Of a stretch of DNA of 62,529 nt, positions 1 to 10,410 are shown piece after piece. The stretch is taken from IMG/VR virus record IMGVR_UViG_3300017707_001200, positions 1 through 62,529 of that record. One strand, written 5' to 3'. A program made the translations under genes and the position numbers. The notes under the pieces were generated by a model. It did no database searches and was not told the origin of the DNA. It was given only the letters and a program-made list of their open reading frames with translations. The DNA comes from a virus (lineage: Duplodnaviria; Caudoviricetes). How positions within the stretch are numbered: the stretch's first letter is position 1; each line of letters opens with the position of its first letter.

Positions 1-123
1 CCATCGGAACCCCTGTGTACGCACCCTGGGATGGTCGAGTCTACGGATGGGGAAACAGTATTATCCCTGCAACGGGTCGGTGGGTCGGGCTTGATCTCAC
101 CAACGGTCAGCGCTTCAGGGCCA
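1..123. repeat. Terminal 123-bp exact repeat of 62407-62529 (circular assembly overlap)
   Basis: CCATCGGAAC...TTCAGGGCCA is identical at both ends and falls inside the endolysin ORF. Confidence 0.95.
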
Positions 124-665
124 CGCACTTCTCCCGTATCGTACTCTCTGAAAGCGTTCTCCGTAACGGGGGCTTCGTGCGGAAGGGGCAGTTGATTGCC
201 TATTCCGGAGCTTCCGGGTACGGGGATAACGACTGGTCGGATAATCCGGATACGGGCGGAGCGCACACCCACGTCACCCTGTGGCCCACACATGAAACCC
301 GTTTCGGATATCGCCCCAACGGGAAACCGTACACCATTGACTTTATGAGCTATGCGGATACGTCCCAGCCCTCAGGCGGTGGAGGCGTAACCCCGAATCC
401 TACCCCCAAACCCCCCCTTGATGAAGAAGAGGAAGAAGAGATGAAACCGTTTCTGATCTGGAAGAAGAACCCGAACAACACCCGACAGTGGGCGCTGATT
501 TCCGGCGATCTGGCTCGCATGGTGCCGATCTTCAAGCTGGAAACGGCTAACGCTCTGGGAAAGATTTACGGCGCGGCCACCTTGGTTGTCCAGAACGAGT
601 GGGATGGATTCGTTCGGGCCTCTGAGATTTCCGTTGCACTTACGGACGCTACCGAACCGGCGTGA
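1..665 (+). CDS. Endolysin, M23-family peptidase (3' part; true start at 62301 across the junction)
   Basis: Joined frame reads GTDFYCPIGTPVYAPWDG...GQLIAYSGASG...AHTHV (M23 HxH), then a Pro/Glu linker and a C-terminal domain. Confidence 0.85.
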   Translation, partial: IGTPVYAPWDGRVYGWGNSIIPATGRWVGLDLTNGQRFRATHFSRIVLSESVLRNGGFVRKGQLIAYSGASGYGDNDWSDNPDTGGAHTHVTLWPTHETRFGYRPNGKPYTIDFMSYADTSQPSGGGGVTPNPTPKPPLDEEEEEEMKPFLIWKKNPNNTRQWALISGDLARMVPIFKLETANALGKIYGAATLVVQNEWDGFVRASEISVALTDATEPA

Positions 666-808
666 TCCGTACATAGGCTCCGACAGGAGAACAGGGTACT
701 CGCTACACCCTAAAATAAGGATGGAATAGACCGTGTGCAGGTCATTGAGAGAAAGGAACTCAAGATCAATCCCATGTAAGTGATTGGAGGGTTCTATATC
801 TCGGCAAA

Positions 809-850
809 GCCCCCTGGTTCCGGCCTCTTACACCGGACATACCAGGGGGC
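809..850. terminator. Putative bidirectional terminator between the convergent arms
   Basis: GCCCCCTGGT / ACCAGGGGGC 10-bp inverted repeat with an inner stem. Confidence 0.65.
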
Positions 851-859
851 GATGTCGTT

Positions 860-1489
860 TTAGTTCTCGTAAAGAGCTAGAATCTGTTTAGCCCATGCGA
901 CCTTATCCCTAACTCGTTGTCCAGCGGGCTGTGAAGTGCTCCACAGCTCCAGGTTTTCAATCCTGTTGTCATCTCGCACGCCGTTAATGTGATGAACGTT
1001 CTCGCCAGGGAGTAGTTTTCTACCCAAGTGAACCTCCATTACGTAACGATGTTCCCCGATGATCCGCTTTTGACCCTCGTACCACCCGGTTAGCCTGATG
1101 TACCCCCGCGGGTCTCGATCCCGATACCACGTGGACGGGTCATCCGGATCGGTGGAACCCTTACGGCGTTTACTGTGTTTACCCCGCCCCTGGGAGACTT
1201 TTTGGGAGTCCCAAAGGTGGAATAGGCACATTCCGTTCGAGTCTCTTCGTAGGGCGCAGTCTGGAATATGGCATTGTGAGTGCTCAATACAGAATGCACT
1301 TCTCCTTACTCGAATATTGCCGCAACCAGGTTCGCGGCATTGCGTAGTCGGGTTTCTCTCGGGAGCCGATAACGGTACTCCTTTTTGATGCCTCCTGTGG
1401 TGAAATACGCACAGTTTGGTTGAGGGGTAGGCTAATGGGTCAGGACACTCATCTACAAAGCACGCGTCTAGGTTTCGAGTGTCCCTCAA
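860..1489 (-). CDS. HNH endonuclease with N-terminal Cys/His repeats
   Basis: EHRYVME...[24 protein letters not shown]_3 motif. Confidence 0.9.
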   Translation of the reverse strand: MRDTRNLDACFVDECPDPLAYPSTKLCVFHHRRHQKGVPLSAPERNPTTQCREPGCGNIRVRRSAFCIEHSQCHIPDCALRRDSNGMCLFHLWDSQKVSQGRGKHSKRRKGSTDPDDPSTWYRDRDPRGYIRLTGWYEGQKRIIGEHRYVMEVHLGRKLLPGENVHHINGVRDDNRIENLELWSTSQPAGQRVRDKVAWAKQILALYEN

Positions 1490-2217
1490 ATTGCCCTCGT
1501 CTCCCCCACAGGGGTTCTCTCCGGGCCTCTAAGCCATGTTCCACAGGTCTGACACTGGTACCGCGGGTACTCCCCCTGTAGCGTCTTAGAAGTGCCTCTA
1601 CGCTGGAGATGAGTGCCATTACAGTTACGGCACACAAGCCCCGCCTGATCGGACACGGGATGCGGCATCTTAATCCAGGGCTTCAGGACTTCGAACAGGT
1701 TCTCCAGGAGATCAACGTCTCCCTTCTGATACCTCCGCATCTTGTTCCAGGACTTCTCGTCGCCTGCCATAACACCCCGCCAGAGATCGAAGCCCCCCGT
1801 ATCGACCTTACGTCCCACACCGAGTTCCTGTGCCACGGAGTCCAGCTTGTTAGAAGCGAATGCGAACCTCTGCTTGACGATACGCATAAGGTCCACCTCC
1901 TTATACGGTGCCGGGGGCGTCAGTCCTGCCTTAATGAACTCGCGGTTTGCCATGCGGGTATCGTACTTGGCCCCATTCCAGGAAACCACAAGGTCAGCCT
2001 CTAGAAGCTGATCCCGAAGCTCAGTGAGCATTTCAACCCGGCCCACACGTTCATCGACAACCTTGGTCGGCTTCTTGTACCACTTGGTTCCAAAGCAAAG
2101 CATTCTCTGAGTCTCGTCAACAAAGCTATACGGGATATTCTGATCCCACAAGCCCCAGAAATAGCCGCGGTTCGGGGTGAACTCCGTGTCCCAAAACAGA
2201 ATCTTAGCGTCGGTCAT
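1486..2217 (-). CDS. RNase H-like/DnaQ-like 3'-5' exonuclease with C-terminal Zn ribbon
   Basis: WDTE, WNGAKYD, YQKGD exonuclease motifs; CRNC...CQTC. Confidence 0.8.
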   Translation of the reverse strand: MTDAKILFWDTEFTPNRGYFWGLWDQNIPYSFVDETQRMLCFGTKWYKKPTKVVDERVGRVEMLTELRDQLLEADLVVSWNGAKYDTRMANREFIKAGLTPPAPYKEVDLMRIVKQRFAFASNKLDSVAQELGVGRKVDTGGFDLWRGVMAGDEKSWNKMRRYQKGDVDLLENLFEVLKPWIKMPHPVSDQAGLVCRNCNGTHLQRRGTSKTLQGEYPRYQCQTCGTWLRGPERTPVGETRAI

Positions 2218-2591
2218 CTCGTTTCCCTACTCTTATGTCCGTGCTTGCGCATAAAGTCCCTTGCGATATACCGTCTTTCAAGTCGGGTCAGGCCATCATT
2301 CCCGACCTTGCCAAATCTCGTCCACCATGGGGTATAGATAACCTCCCACTCGCCCTCATCGTCGGTCATAACTCATAATCCCTTCAATCGCTTCCACGAG
2401 AAATGAATCCCGCTTACGTAGGCGCTTTACTTCACTCGCCGTTTTCGTCTCCCATGCCAGTCTCAGCATTATGTGATAGTAACTAAGCCAATCATCCTCT
2501 GTCCAAAGACCTGGATCGCTCACCTTCAACCTCCCCTTAAAGCCTACCACTGATAGAATAGAAGAACGTCTCAAACTCAAAAGGAGCCTCA

Positions 2592-2816
2592 ATGGTCACT
2601 GTTTACTCCCAGCCCTCCTGCGTTCAGTGTGTCGCTACTTACCGCCGTCTCGATGCCAAGGGAGTCGAATATCGCGTGGTCGATGTGAGTGAGGATAGTG
2701 CAGCGCTGGAGAAGATCAAGTCGCTTGGCTACCTCCGTGCTCCTGTTGTCATTACCCCCGAGGGAAGTCATTGGTCCGGATTCGACCCCGACCGCCTCGA
2801 CGCTATCGCCGCCTAA
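2592..2816 (+). CDS. nrdH: NrdH-like glutaredoxin
   Basis: VYSQPSCVQC and HWSGF motifs; AAGGAG RBS; own upstream TGATAGAAT promoter. Confidence 0.92.
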   Translation: MVTVYSQPSCVQCVATYRRLDAKGVEYRVVDVSEDSAALEKIKSLGYLRAPVVITPEGSHWSGFDPDRLDAIAA

Positions 2817-2972
2817 CACCGCGACCAAATAATCTCAAAATCCGACAGCCCTTCGGTCTCCTCAATGCCTTCCCGGCACGCGGTTTCCGCTTGGGCTTTT
2901 GTCGTACCCTGGAAAAACAGGTTGAATTCTCCCACGTACCCTCTCCACTCTGAGCGGTTTACCTGCTGAATA

Positions 2973-3227
2973 TCAGCCCTCACGTAACGAGGCATCTTTT
3001 TCCTCCTTGATTCTATTGCTCAGGTAGTCCAGAACATCCCACATTTTGTCTGCCTGATCTTCAAGAGCGGTAATTTCCTGCCCACGCCACAGCCGAGCAT
3101 AGTAGTTCAGTTCTCCGCGCATCTCCAGTTCGATTCTCTCGCGAAGAAGAGCCGCAGACTGGTCATAGAGTCTCCTCTGCTTATCCGCAAGAATGCGATA
3201 GGCACCCTCCGCATCAAACTTAGCCAC
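2973..3227 (-). CDS. Hypothetical protein
   Basis: ORF in a tightly overlapping leftward operon. Confidence 0.6.
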   Translation of the reverse strand: MAKFDAEGAYRILADKQRRLYDQSAALLRERIELEMRGELNYYARLWRGQEITALEDQADKMWDVLDYLSNRIKEEKDASLREG

Positions 3228-3450
3228 GGAGTTCCCATCCCTGTTCTGCCATAGCCTCAGTAAGCAACAGAAGAGCTTCCCCTGCGGACTGAGAAGATCG
3301 AGACATCTGGACTCGTTCCTTGGTGGGTCTCACGGGGCCATCCACTCGGGCGTACCACCGCCGGTAGGTCTCGATGCCGGTCGAACCATACTCAATCTCT
3401 TCTTCGAGTTCCACGTAACGGCGTTCGATGTACGGCTTATCGTTCGGCAT
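3220..3450 (-). CDS. Hypothetical protein
   Basis: GGAGG RBS, operon context. Confidence 0.6.
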   Translation of the reverse strand: MPNDKPYIERRYVELEEEIEYGSTGIETYRRWYARVDGPVRPTKERVQMSRSSQSAGEALLLLTEAMAEQGWELRG

Positions 3451-3881
3451 AGTGAGCCTCCAGTCGTTCCAGCAGTCGGTCGATCTCTTCTTCGTCAGTC
3501 ATACAATCCTCACCTCTACGATAGTCGATTCGTACTGCATATACCCGCTACCTTCCCGATCCATAAGATAGTAAACGGGTGTATCGAACTCATTTTCGGT
3601 CAGGTAAACCTCCTCCAAAGTAATGAGGAGCCATTCAGGTTCATCCCAGCCAGGGTAGAAAAGGAACTCAAAGGTCTTACCTATCAGATCACCCCAATCA
3701 GCGTGTCCCTGCCTCGTTAGCCTAGTCACGATGCGCCATCCAAATATTCAGGCGGTAGTACGCATCGTCCAAAGCATACTCTTCATTCGTGTAGTTCTCG
3801 CCAGAGTCAATCTCCGACCCGTCCATAATCAGGCGGTAGTCGTAGAGCGCGAACTCATTCTCTTCGATCTCGATAGTCAGC

Positions 3882-4397
3882 TTAGCCACGTCGATCCCTT
3901 CTTCTTGCTCGTTCCCTAAGTGCGTGACACTTACGGCATTTCCGCCCTGGGCGGCCATTGCGGGTAAAAGAGTACGTATTCTCTTCGTCGTAAGGATGAT
4001 TTTCCGGGCAGTGCGTCTTAGAAGAACCGTAGTGAGTTCCATTGCGGATAGAATCTTTCTGGTTATCCGAATTAGTACCCCAGGCCAGGTTCTCGATGAC
4101 GTTATTTCCCTTATTGTCGTCTAAGTGCCGGACCATCGGAAGATTCTCGGGGTTAAGTAGAAACGTCTCACCCATCAGCCGGTGGACGTTGACCGTCCTG
4201 CGTTGATTTCCCCTACTCAAAACGACGCGGTGATAGACCCTCTTACTTACGTCCTGCCTGAGAATGTAGCTTCGATAGCGCCAGGTCCCGCCTTTCTGAA
4301 AGACCGTTCTATCTACGCTTCGTACCCGTCCCCGAGTGGAAACTTCATACTCGCCCTCGTACCCAACGACTGTCCCCCACCGCTCTATACCGTCCAT
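3882..4397 (-). CDS. NUMOD4-HNH homing endonuclease
   Basis: WGTVVGYEGEYEVSTRGRVRS (NUMOD4); VHRL...VRHLDDNKGNNVIENLAW; KTHCPENH. Confidence 0.92.
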   Translation of the reverse strand: MDGIERWGTVVGYEGEYEVSTRGRVRSVDRTVFQKGGTWRYRSYILRQDVSKRVYHRVVLSRGNQRRTVNVHRLMGETFLLNPENLPMVRHLDDNKGNNVIENLAWGTNSDNQKDSIRNGTHYGSSKTHCPENHPYDEENTYSFTRNGRPGRKCRKCHALRERARRRDRRG

Positions 4398-4975
4398 GAC
4401 CTAACCATATCCCAAGTTGGTTTGTGTTTCAAGTCCCTCATAATATAGGCAATTCCGTGGGCCATCGCGGACCTCACGTCGTCCGCATCCGCCGTACCGA
4501 AATCCTTTCCCGTCCGATAGAAGCCGTTGGCCTTCAGAAAGGAATGTTGCTTCTTCTTGCGCTCAGCCTTACCCGTACCACCCGAAAAATACTGAAGGCT
4601 GGGGTCCCGCCACCGCTTCTCCGCCACAGAATAGTCTGGCATCAGCCCCAGTGCGATCATGGCACCCTCTCCCCGGAGGGGTTCTAGAGAGGCTGTCGTG
4701 TAGCTGAAGCCCTTCGTGTTGCGGGCGGTGAACTTCTCCGCTACCACGGTGGGGGCCTCGTCATAGTAGAAACCCACCTCACCGATTTCGGGAAGGGTCC
4801 AGCCAGTGAAGAACGGGGAGTCCTCAGTATACTGCCCAAACCAGTTGAGAAGGCCCGCCACTCCTCCCGTAAACTGCCAGCCTTCGACAAGTTCCGCAGG
4901 GCTATCCTCCTCGAACGACAGAAGGGCGATTCCTGTTGAAAGTCCCGGATCGATTGAAAGAACGTACTCAGTCAT
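4385..4975 (-). CDS. RuvC-like Holliday junction resolvase
   Basis: VLSIDPGLSTGIA, VVAE, DDVRSA acidic motifs. Confidence 0.7.
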   Translation of the reverse strand: MTEYVLSIDPGLSTGIALLSFEEDSPAELVEGWQFTGGVAGLLNWFGQYTEDSPFFTGWTLPEIGEVGFYYDEAPTVVAEKFTARNTKGFSYTTASLEPLRGEGAMIALGLMPDYSVAEKRWRDPSLQYFSGGTGKAERKKKQHSFLKANGFYRTGKDFGTADADDVRSAMAHGIAYIMRDLKHKPTWDMVRSWTV

Positions 4976-5420
4976 TTCGACCCTTTACAAAATCCAGAAG
5001 CCGAGACCACGCCCAAAGAGCATCTTCAATGTACGCTTCGCTCAGGTCTTCTTCATCCCAGGACCAACGCTCACCTCCTGGGGTTTCCACTGAGTAATAC
5101 TTTCTCCCGTGAGACTCTTCAACCTTGACTTCGTTCATCGCAGAATCCTTTCAATCTCTTCCAGCACGGCCAGGAGGTCCCCGTCCCGGTCTTCGTCGTA
5201 CACCCCTAGCTTGATCCGCCTAGTCCTGTCTTGGACATAAACCCCGATCTTGGTTGCCCTATCGTGAAGTTGCCACCATGTCGCGCTATCAAGGTCATCC
5301 CAGTCAATCATTTGTCTCCTTCGTGGCAAGTACAAGAACCGTTCTCAATATAACAGAACTTGTGGGCAGAACCAAATGCGCACCATCCTGATAGGGACAT
5401 CGGGATCGGTTTGTCAGCCA

Positions 5421-7403
5421 TCAGTGACTCGCATTCTTCCAGGTCTTCCCGTATCCGTGACCCACGGGGAATTTGATCGCCAGGCTGACGTTCGTCCCCG
5501 GGTCAAAGGTGTGCTCCATGCACTCACGAATGACTTTCACATCACGGTCAATCGTACTCTCATCGAACTCCATAAGCAACTCATCATGGATAATCGCCCG
5601 CATCGCTCGAATGTAGTATTCTCCCCGCCGGATGAGACGCAAAATAGCATCGCCCATCATCTCTCGGGTAACCGACTGACCGTGAAGGGCTGGACCCATG
5701 GTGTAAGCGCGACCTGAGTCCACCGCCATACGCCGCCCCCACGAGTTCGTGACAAAGCCGTTATCTTCGGCTTCCTTGACAGCCTTATCTTTGAACCTCT
5801 TCAACCACACGTAGGTCTCATTGAAGTTGTCGATGAAATCCCGAGTGTGCATCGAGTTCGGCTGTTCCTCAATAGGCTTCTGTCCGTACTTCGTGTTAGC
5901 CGGTGCCCAGAAGTGAAGCCCCAGCTTCTCCTTCTTGGACTCACGGTTCAGAGTGTTAGCGAGCTTGTAGGCTCCGATGTTGTAATTCTGAGCGTGTCCT
6001 GCGGCTTTGGAGACCGGGCGGAGAGGGGGCTTAGCGCTCTTATCCCGTGGTCCGTCTCCGTAATATTCGTCTGCTCCGAAGATCGCCTCCCCCGTCAGGT
6101 TGTGACCATCGTAGAGTGCGTTACCCTCTTCGTCTTCCTCGAACCGCTTAGCGAATTCATCGTCTCCAGAGAGCGCTGCCATAGCCCGAGCGTCCGCGGA
6201 AGAGTAATCGAATCCCGCGAGAACATTGCCCTCATCTGCGATAAAGAGGGCCTTATCAGCCTTGAGCTTCTCATTACGCTCTCCGAAGATTGTGACCCCC
6301 GGCTCCGTGAAACTCCACCTCCCGGAACGCTGAAGGGAGGACACCTTCGGGTGAACCCGCCCATCCGCCTTCATCGTATCCAGGACCAGCTGGGGAATTC
6401 CCCGCATACCCTTAAGTTCCGCAATCGCCTGAACGAACTCTTCAGCCTCATCACTGACGCCTTCAACCAGCATCATAAGCTCTTCGCCACCCAACTTCAA
6501 AGCCCCCGTAGGAGTGCGCGGCCAATCCACCGTCTCGGGGGTGATGCCGTAGTCTGCGAGAGCGGACACGATGGCGTCTTTGCCCTTAGCCGAGGCCCAC
6601 GGAGACTTTCCCTCCACGGGGAAATCGTACTTCTCCACCAGCCACTTCATAACCTCTTCACGGCGAGATTCCATTTCCGCCACACGCTTATTCGCGTATT
6701 CCTGATTGACGAGAATTCCGTTGCGGGACATTTGACCCACGGTTGCGGAGATAAGCTCCATCTCGCGCCAGATGTATTCTCCCGGGTAGTCCTGAACACG
6801 AATCTCATTGAGGAGGTACTTGTAGAGGTTTCGAACCGCAATAACGTCCTGCTCAGCGTAGGCTCGGAATTCAGGGTCATCGAGCGGGATCAGCCCGTAT
6901 TCGTAGTCTGCGACCTTGGTACCCGCCAGTTGGTACGGCTTCGCAAGCTCTTTCAGGTTACCCAGCTTCCCCTCCAAGCCGAACTGGAAACACAGGTTCG
7001 CCAGGGACAGCCATCCCATCGCGTGCTCAACGGGCTTACTGGACGCGGTGGAGACAGAGCCGTTCTCGCGGGTAAAAGAGTAGGGAGCAGGCTTCAGAAG
7101 GTTGGCGAGATAGAAGGTATCAATCACCTTTCGATCCATTGCCATATACAGCGGCTCTACAGAGTCAATCCCGAAAATCCAGCTAAGGTCGCTAGAGATG
7201 CCGTTGTGTGAGACGTTGTAGTCTGCCGCACGGAGGATGTTGCGAACGCGCTCCAGGTCGGACTCACTGTGAATCTCAATAAGCTCTACGGGGCCGTCAT
7301 TGATCGCGTACTGAAACAGACGCACGAATTCGTGAGGTGCCATCCCGTACTCGGTACGGGCTGATCGGGTCTCCGAATCGAAGAACACGTACTGCTTGCC
7401 CAT
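5421..7403 (-). CDS. polA: Family A DNA polymerase with 3'-5' exonuclease domain
   Basis: FDSET, YAEQD exo motifs; SGRWS; motif A DYSSADAR; motif B RPVSKAAGHAQNY; motif C IHDE. Confidence 0.95.
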   Translation of the reverse strand: MGKQYVFFDSETRSARTEYGMAPHEFVRLFQYAINDGPVELIEIHSESDLERVRNILRAADYNVSHNGISSDLSWIFGIDSVEPLYMAMDRKVIDTFYLANLLKPAPYSFTRENGSVSTASSKPVEHAMGWLSLANLCFQFGLEGKLGNLKELAKPYQLAGTKVADYEYGLIPLDDPEFRAYAEQDVIAVRNLYKYLLNEIRVQDYPGEYIWREMELISATVGQMSRNGILVNQEYANKRVAEMESRREEVMKWLVEKYDFPVEGKSPWASAKGKDAIVSALADYGITPETVDWPRTPTGALKLGGEELMMLVEGVSDEAEEFVQAIAELKGMRGIPQLVLDTMKADGRVHPKVSSLQRSGRWSFTEPGVTIFGERNEKLKADKALFIADEGNVLAGFDYSSADARAMAALSGDDEFAKRFEEDEEGNALYDGHNLTGEAIFGADEYYGDGPRDKSAKPPLRPVSKAAGHAQNYNIGAYKLANTLNRESKKEKLGLHFWAPANTKYGQKPIEEQPNSMHTRDFIDNFNETYVWLKRFKDKAVKEAEDNGFVTNSWGRRMAVDSGRAYTMGPALHGQSVTREMMGDAILRLIRRGEYYIRAMRAIIHDELLMEFDESTIDRDVKVIRECMEHTFDPGTNVSLAIKFPVGHGYGKTWKNASH

Positions 7404-7412
7404 TGGACCCTC

Positions 7413-7631
7413 CTAAGCCGTAATAAGATGTCGTTGGTCGTCTACAATCCAACCGCCCTGCTTGATGATACCCGCTTCGTACCGCGTTCCGCAACTCCCG
7501 CAGTAGGCAAGTTCTCCCTGCGGCATCTCGAAGTAGAAGTACGCCCGGATCGAAGGGCCACAGTGATCGCACCCGATGAAATCGTTCACGGCATCCTCAG
7601 CCATTCGATTTCCTCCTTGACGATAACCCAC
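7413..7631 (-). CDS. Small Cys-containing hypothetical protein
   Basis: CDHC...CGSC; start uncertain. Confidence 0.55.
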   Translation of the reverse strand: MGYRQGGNRMAEDAVNDFIGCDHCGPSIRAYFYFEMPQGELAYCGSCGTRYEAGIIKQGGWIVDDQRHLITA

Positions 7632-7725
7632 GAATCAAATTCGAGCTTATCCCCGATCCGCTCTAGGCTAGCTGCAATCTTCAGGTCGATCATTCTTGAA
7701 AGCTCATCGTAGTCCCAGCTATCCA

Positions 7726-8157
7726 TCATCTCCCACCCTTCACGTTGAATCCTGAATCGCGGTTTTTCTTGACCCTACCGTTCTTGTCAAGGTCTCCCAA
7801 CTTGCGGTTAGCTTCCCGGAGTACAGCCGCTCTCCCCGAACCGCCCACCGGCCACCCCGCCTTTGGAAAATGCCGCTTGATCGTTCGGTGGTCAACCGAA
7901 AGTGTTCGCTTAATCTCCGTCAGACTACAGCCTTCCGCCACCATCTGCCCCATCCGCTTGAACTTATCTGGGTCCAGTTTATCTAGGGTCAGTCCGCCGT
8001 TTGATCCGACAGTCTTACCCGCGTTTGGGAAATGTCTCTTGATAGTTTCGTAGTCCATCTTCAGGGTTTGCTGAATCTCCCGGATCGTAGCGCCACGGGC
8101 AACCATCTCCTCCGCTTGGTGATAGCGCTCAGAGTTCTTGGTCAGGTTAGCTGCCAT
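7726..8157 (-). CDS. Tandem helix-turn-helix DNA-binding protein
   Basis: Two repeats MVARGATIREIQQTL...TIKRHFP and MVAEGCSLTEIKRTL...TIKRHFP. Confidence 0.7.
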   Translation of the reverse strand: MAANLTKNSERYHQAEEMVARGATIREIQQTLKMDYETIKRHFPNAGKTVGSNGGLTLDKLDPDKFKRMGQMVAEGCSLTEIKRTLSVDHRTIKRHFPKAGWPVGGSGRAAVLREANRKLGDLDKNGRVKKNRDSGFNVKGGR

Positions 8158-8690
8158 CACTCGTCTCCAGCCATACTCTTGTGATAATGCTCCCAGATAT
8201 CGTCTTCGCGAATAGCCTCCAGGCACTCAATAACAATTTGGTACCAATCAAGAGGCTTCATCGACTGATTGGACTTCGTGGACCGCCCCACGCGCTTGTA
8301 CCACTCAACCTTTAGGCCCGAAGAGTGATGATAGAAACCCGGGAGGTTTAGCTCACAGTCGTCCGCGTGGCTTCTTTCTTCTCCCTGAGTGACATTCCCG
8401 TACTCCATGTCGTACAGCCGCCACCACTCGGAATCAGGGGATTCTGATTCGCCCCCAGGGTACTGCTTCATGCGTTCCATTACCTGTGCGTCGATCTGCC
8501 AAGACCAGTCCTCGAAACCACAGGTACAAGTATCGCAGTGCGCCCAATAGGAGTGAGTCTCAAAAACGTCGTTCTTGTAGTCGATCCCTGTGGACACATC
8601 GTAGCCTCCTCCCAGACGCCAATCCACCGCCTTCAGGATGTTGTAGATGCCGTCTGCAAAGTCTTCGTTCTCCAGTACATACTTAGTCAC
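8157..8690 (-). CDS. Hypothetical protein
   Basis: ORF with coupled start/stop overlaps. Confidence 0.65.
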   Translation of the reverse strand: MTKYVLENEDFADGIYNILKAVDWRLGGGYDVSTGIDYKNDVFETHSYWAHCDTCTCGFEDWSWQIDAQVMERMKQYPGGESESPDSEWWRLYDMEYGNVTQGEERSHADDCELNLPGFYHHSSGLKVEWYKRVGRSTKSNQSMKPLDWYQIVIECLEAIREDDIWEHYHKSMAGDE

Positions 8691-8998
8691 AGTTCGAACC
8701 TCTTTCCCGAATAGACTTCATCAAGACCACCGAAGTAACCCTCGTGCCGTGCCTCAGAGATACGGCGATCAACTTCCCGCTTCACATGGGGGTCCTGGAG
8801 AATGTCGTCTACCAGTCTTTCAACCGCCCGAGTAATCTCAAAGGGAAATGTATCCTCCCCATGCGATTCCGAAACAGAGAACCCGACCCGCCACTTCGGA
8901 GGATTAACTCGGTAATTGTGCGCGTCAATCATGATCAGGACACCGTCATCGATCAACGTCCAGTTGTCCCCGAGCGGAGTAACCTTCTTCCTATCCAT
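8687..8998 (-). CDS. Hypothetical protein
   Basis: AAGGAGG RBS. Confidence 0.65.
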   Translation of the reverse strand: MDRKKVTPLGDNWTLIDDGVLIMIDAHNYRVNPPKWRVGFSVSESHGEDTFPFEITRAVERLVDDILQDPHVKREVDRRISEARHEGYFGGLDEVYSGKRFEL

Positions 8999-9154
8999 AT
9001 AAGACCTCCTTCAATCCTTCCAGCAGCGCCTCAGCTTCGTCCCGAGGAATCACCACTCCGTTGTTATCCCCGCCGATTCGAATGTAAACTCCGAGTCCCG
9101 CGGGATTGTCCGCAACGTGCCACCAGAATCCGTCGCTCCCGCTTCGTGCGATGT

Positions 9155-10405
9155 TCACCAGATATCATCCTCCTCGTCCCAGTTTGCATTCGGCTGATAT
9201 CCACCTGAAACATTAGCGGACTTCCAAACCTTCCGGATGGCGTCGTGAATTCCCTCCAACTCTCCAGGGAACCTACCGTTATTCCGACCAACCAACTGCA
9301 CCACTGAACCATCCTTGGGCCGAAGCTCCATGTTCCCCAGCATCTTCCCCTCCCGGTCACGGACGGCATAGAGCAGAGACGTTCCACGAATAGCGGCACT
9401 ACCGTAGGAGCCGATGCAGTTGTTCATCGTCGTTCCCCAGTCCACAAGAGAGTGTGTCGTCGCGGGGGCTTCAATGATGAAATCGCCGTAGTCACCCGCC
9501 AGCTTCGCGGCTTTCTCCTTGTACTCGATGTCCTGCTCCATCACATCCACCTTACGGAAGTCACGAGCAAGAACGTCGTGAAGTTCCTGGAAATCCTTAA
9601 AGTGAATATCAGAAAGAGAGTAATCCGCCTTCCGGGACTGAATTGCCTTCAGGCTACGGTGAGCGTCAAAGAGATGTGTCACCTGACCCGTAGAGTTACG
9701 CAGTGCCCGACGAATCTGCATCTGATCCGCACTCTGGAAAAGCTCCTTGATCTGCTTTGGAGTGAGTGCCCACATCATCGCCGTGTTCCGCACATCTGAT
9801 CGCGCACCTTCAGCTTTCAGGTACTCCACCAGCCAGTCGATAGGGACCGTCCGGGAGAGACCCAGCGCCAGGGCCGTCATGCGGGAAACGACCTGCGGAT
9901 TGGTCCACGTGGCCAATTCAGCAATCGTTCGCGCCAAGTCCTTACGGTACTTAGTCCCAAACAGGTCTCGCGTAAAGGTCTGCATGTCCGGGCGGTTCAG
10001 CTTAGGCGTGAGGCCGTCGAGAGGTGCCAGGAACTCCACGAGCGGGTAGTTGTTCTTCAGGACTTCCGCCTTGGTCTGTCCAAACCGCATTTCAAACGGG
10101 TCATCTAGCTTGTACGTGCTCATCCCGTCGTTCATCAGATACTTATTCGTCAGTGTTCCCAGGGCGTGTGAGGTCTCATCCCGGAACCCGATCTTGGGCT
10201 GGTTCGTATATACGCGAAGACGGTCAGACTTCCAGGAATAGAACGTGGCCTTGCGAGGCTGAAACCGAGAAAAGCTCTTACCCGAATGCTTGTTCTGACC
10301 CTTAATGTGCGTCGAGTCTTTAATCGCGATCACGTCATCCTTGACCACAACAGTACGCCACTCGTTAGGGTTCCACTCCTGCTGGCCCGTCATTACCTGA
10401 TGCAT
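9155..10405 (-). CDS. PcfJ-like domain protein
   Basis: C-terminal LHD...LVDWGTTMNNCIGSY...QLVGRNN pattern. Confidence 0.7.
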   Translation of the reverse strand: MHQVMTGQQEWNPNEWRTVVVKDDVIAIKDSTHIKGQNKHSGKSFSRFQPRKATFYSWKSDRLRVYTNQPKIGFRDETSHALGTLTNKYLMNDGMSTYKLDDPFEMRFGQTKAEVLKNNYPLVEFLAPLDGLTPKLNRPDMQTFTRDLFGTKYRKDLARTIAELATWTNPQVVSRMTALALGLSRTVPIDWLVEYLKAEGARSDVRNTAMMWALTPKQIKELFQSADQMQIRRALRNSTGQVTHLFDAHRSLKAIQSRKADYSLSDIHFKDFQELHDVLARDFRKVDVMEQDIEYKEKAAKLAGDYGDFIIEAPATTHSLVDWGTTMNNCIGSYGSAAIRGTSLLYAVRDREGKMLGNMELRPKDGSVVQLVGRNNGRFPGELEGIHDAIRKVWKSANVSGGYQPNANWDEEDDIW

Positions 10406-10410
10406 ACTAC

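Noticed and set aside
5847-7211. 454-aa plus-strand ORF
   Set aside because: Antisense shadow of polA caused by codon bias; no motifs or RBS
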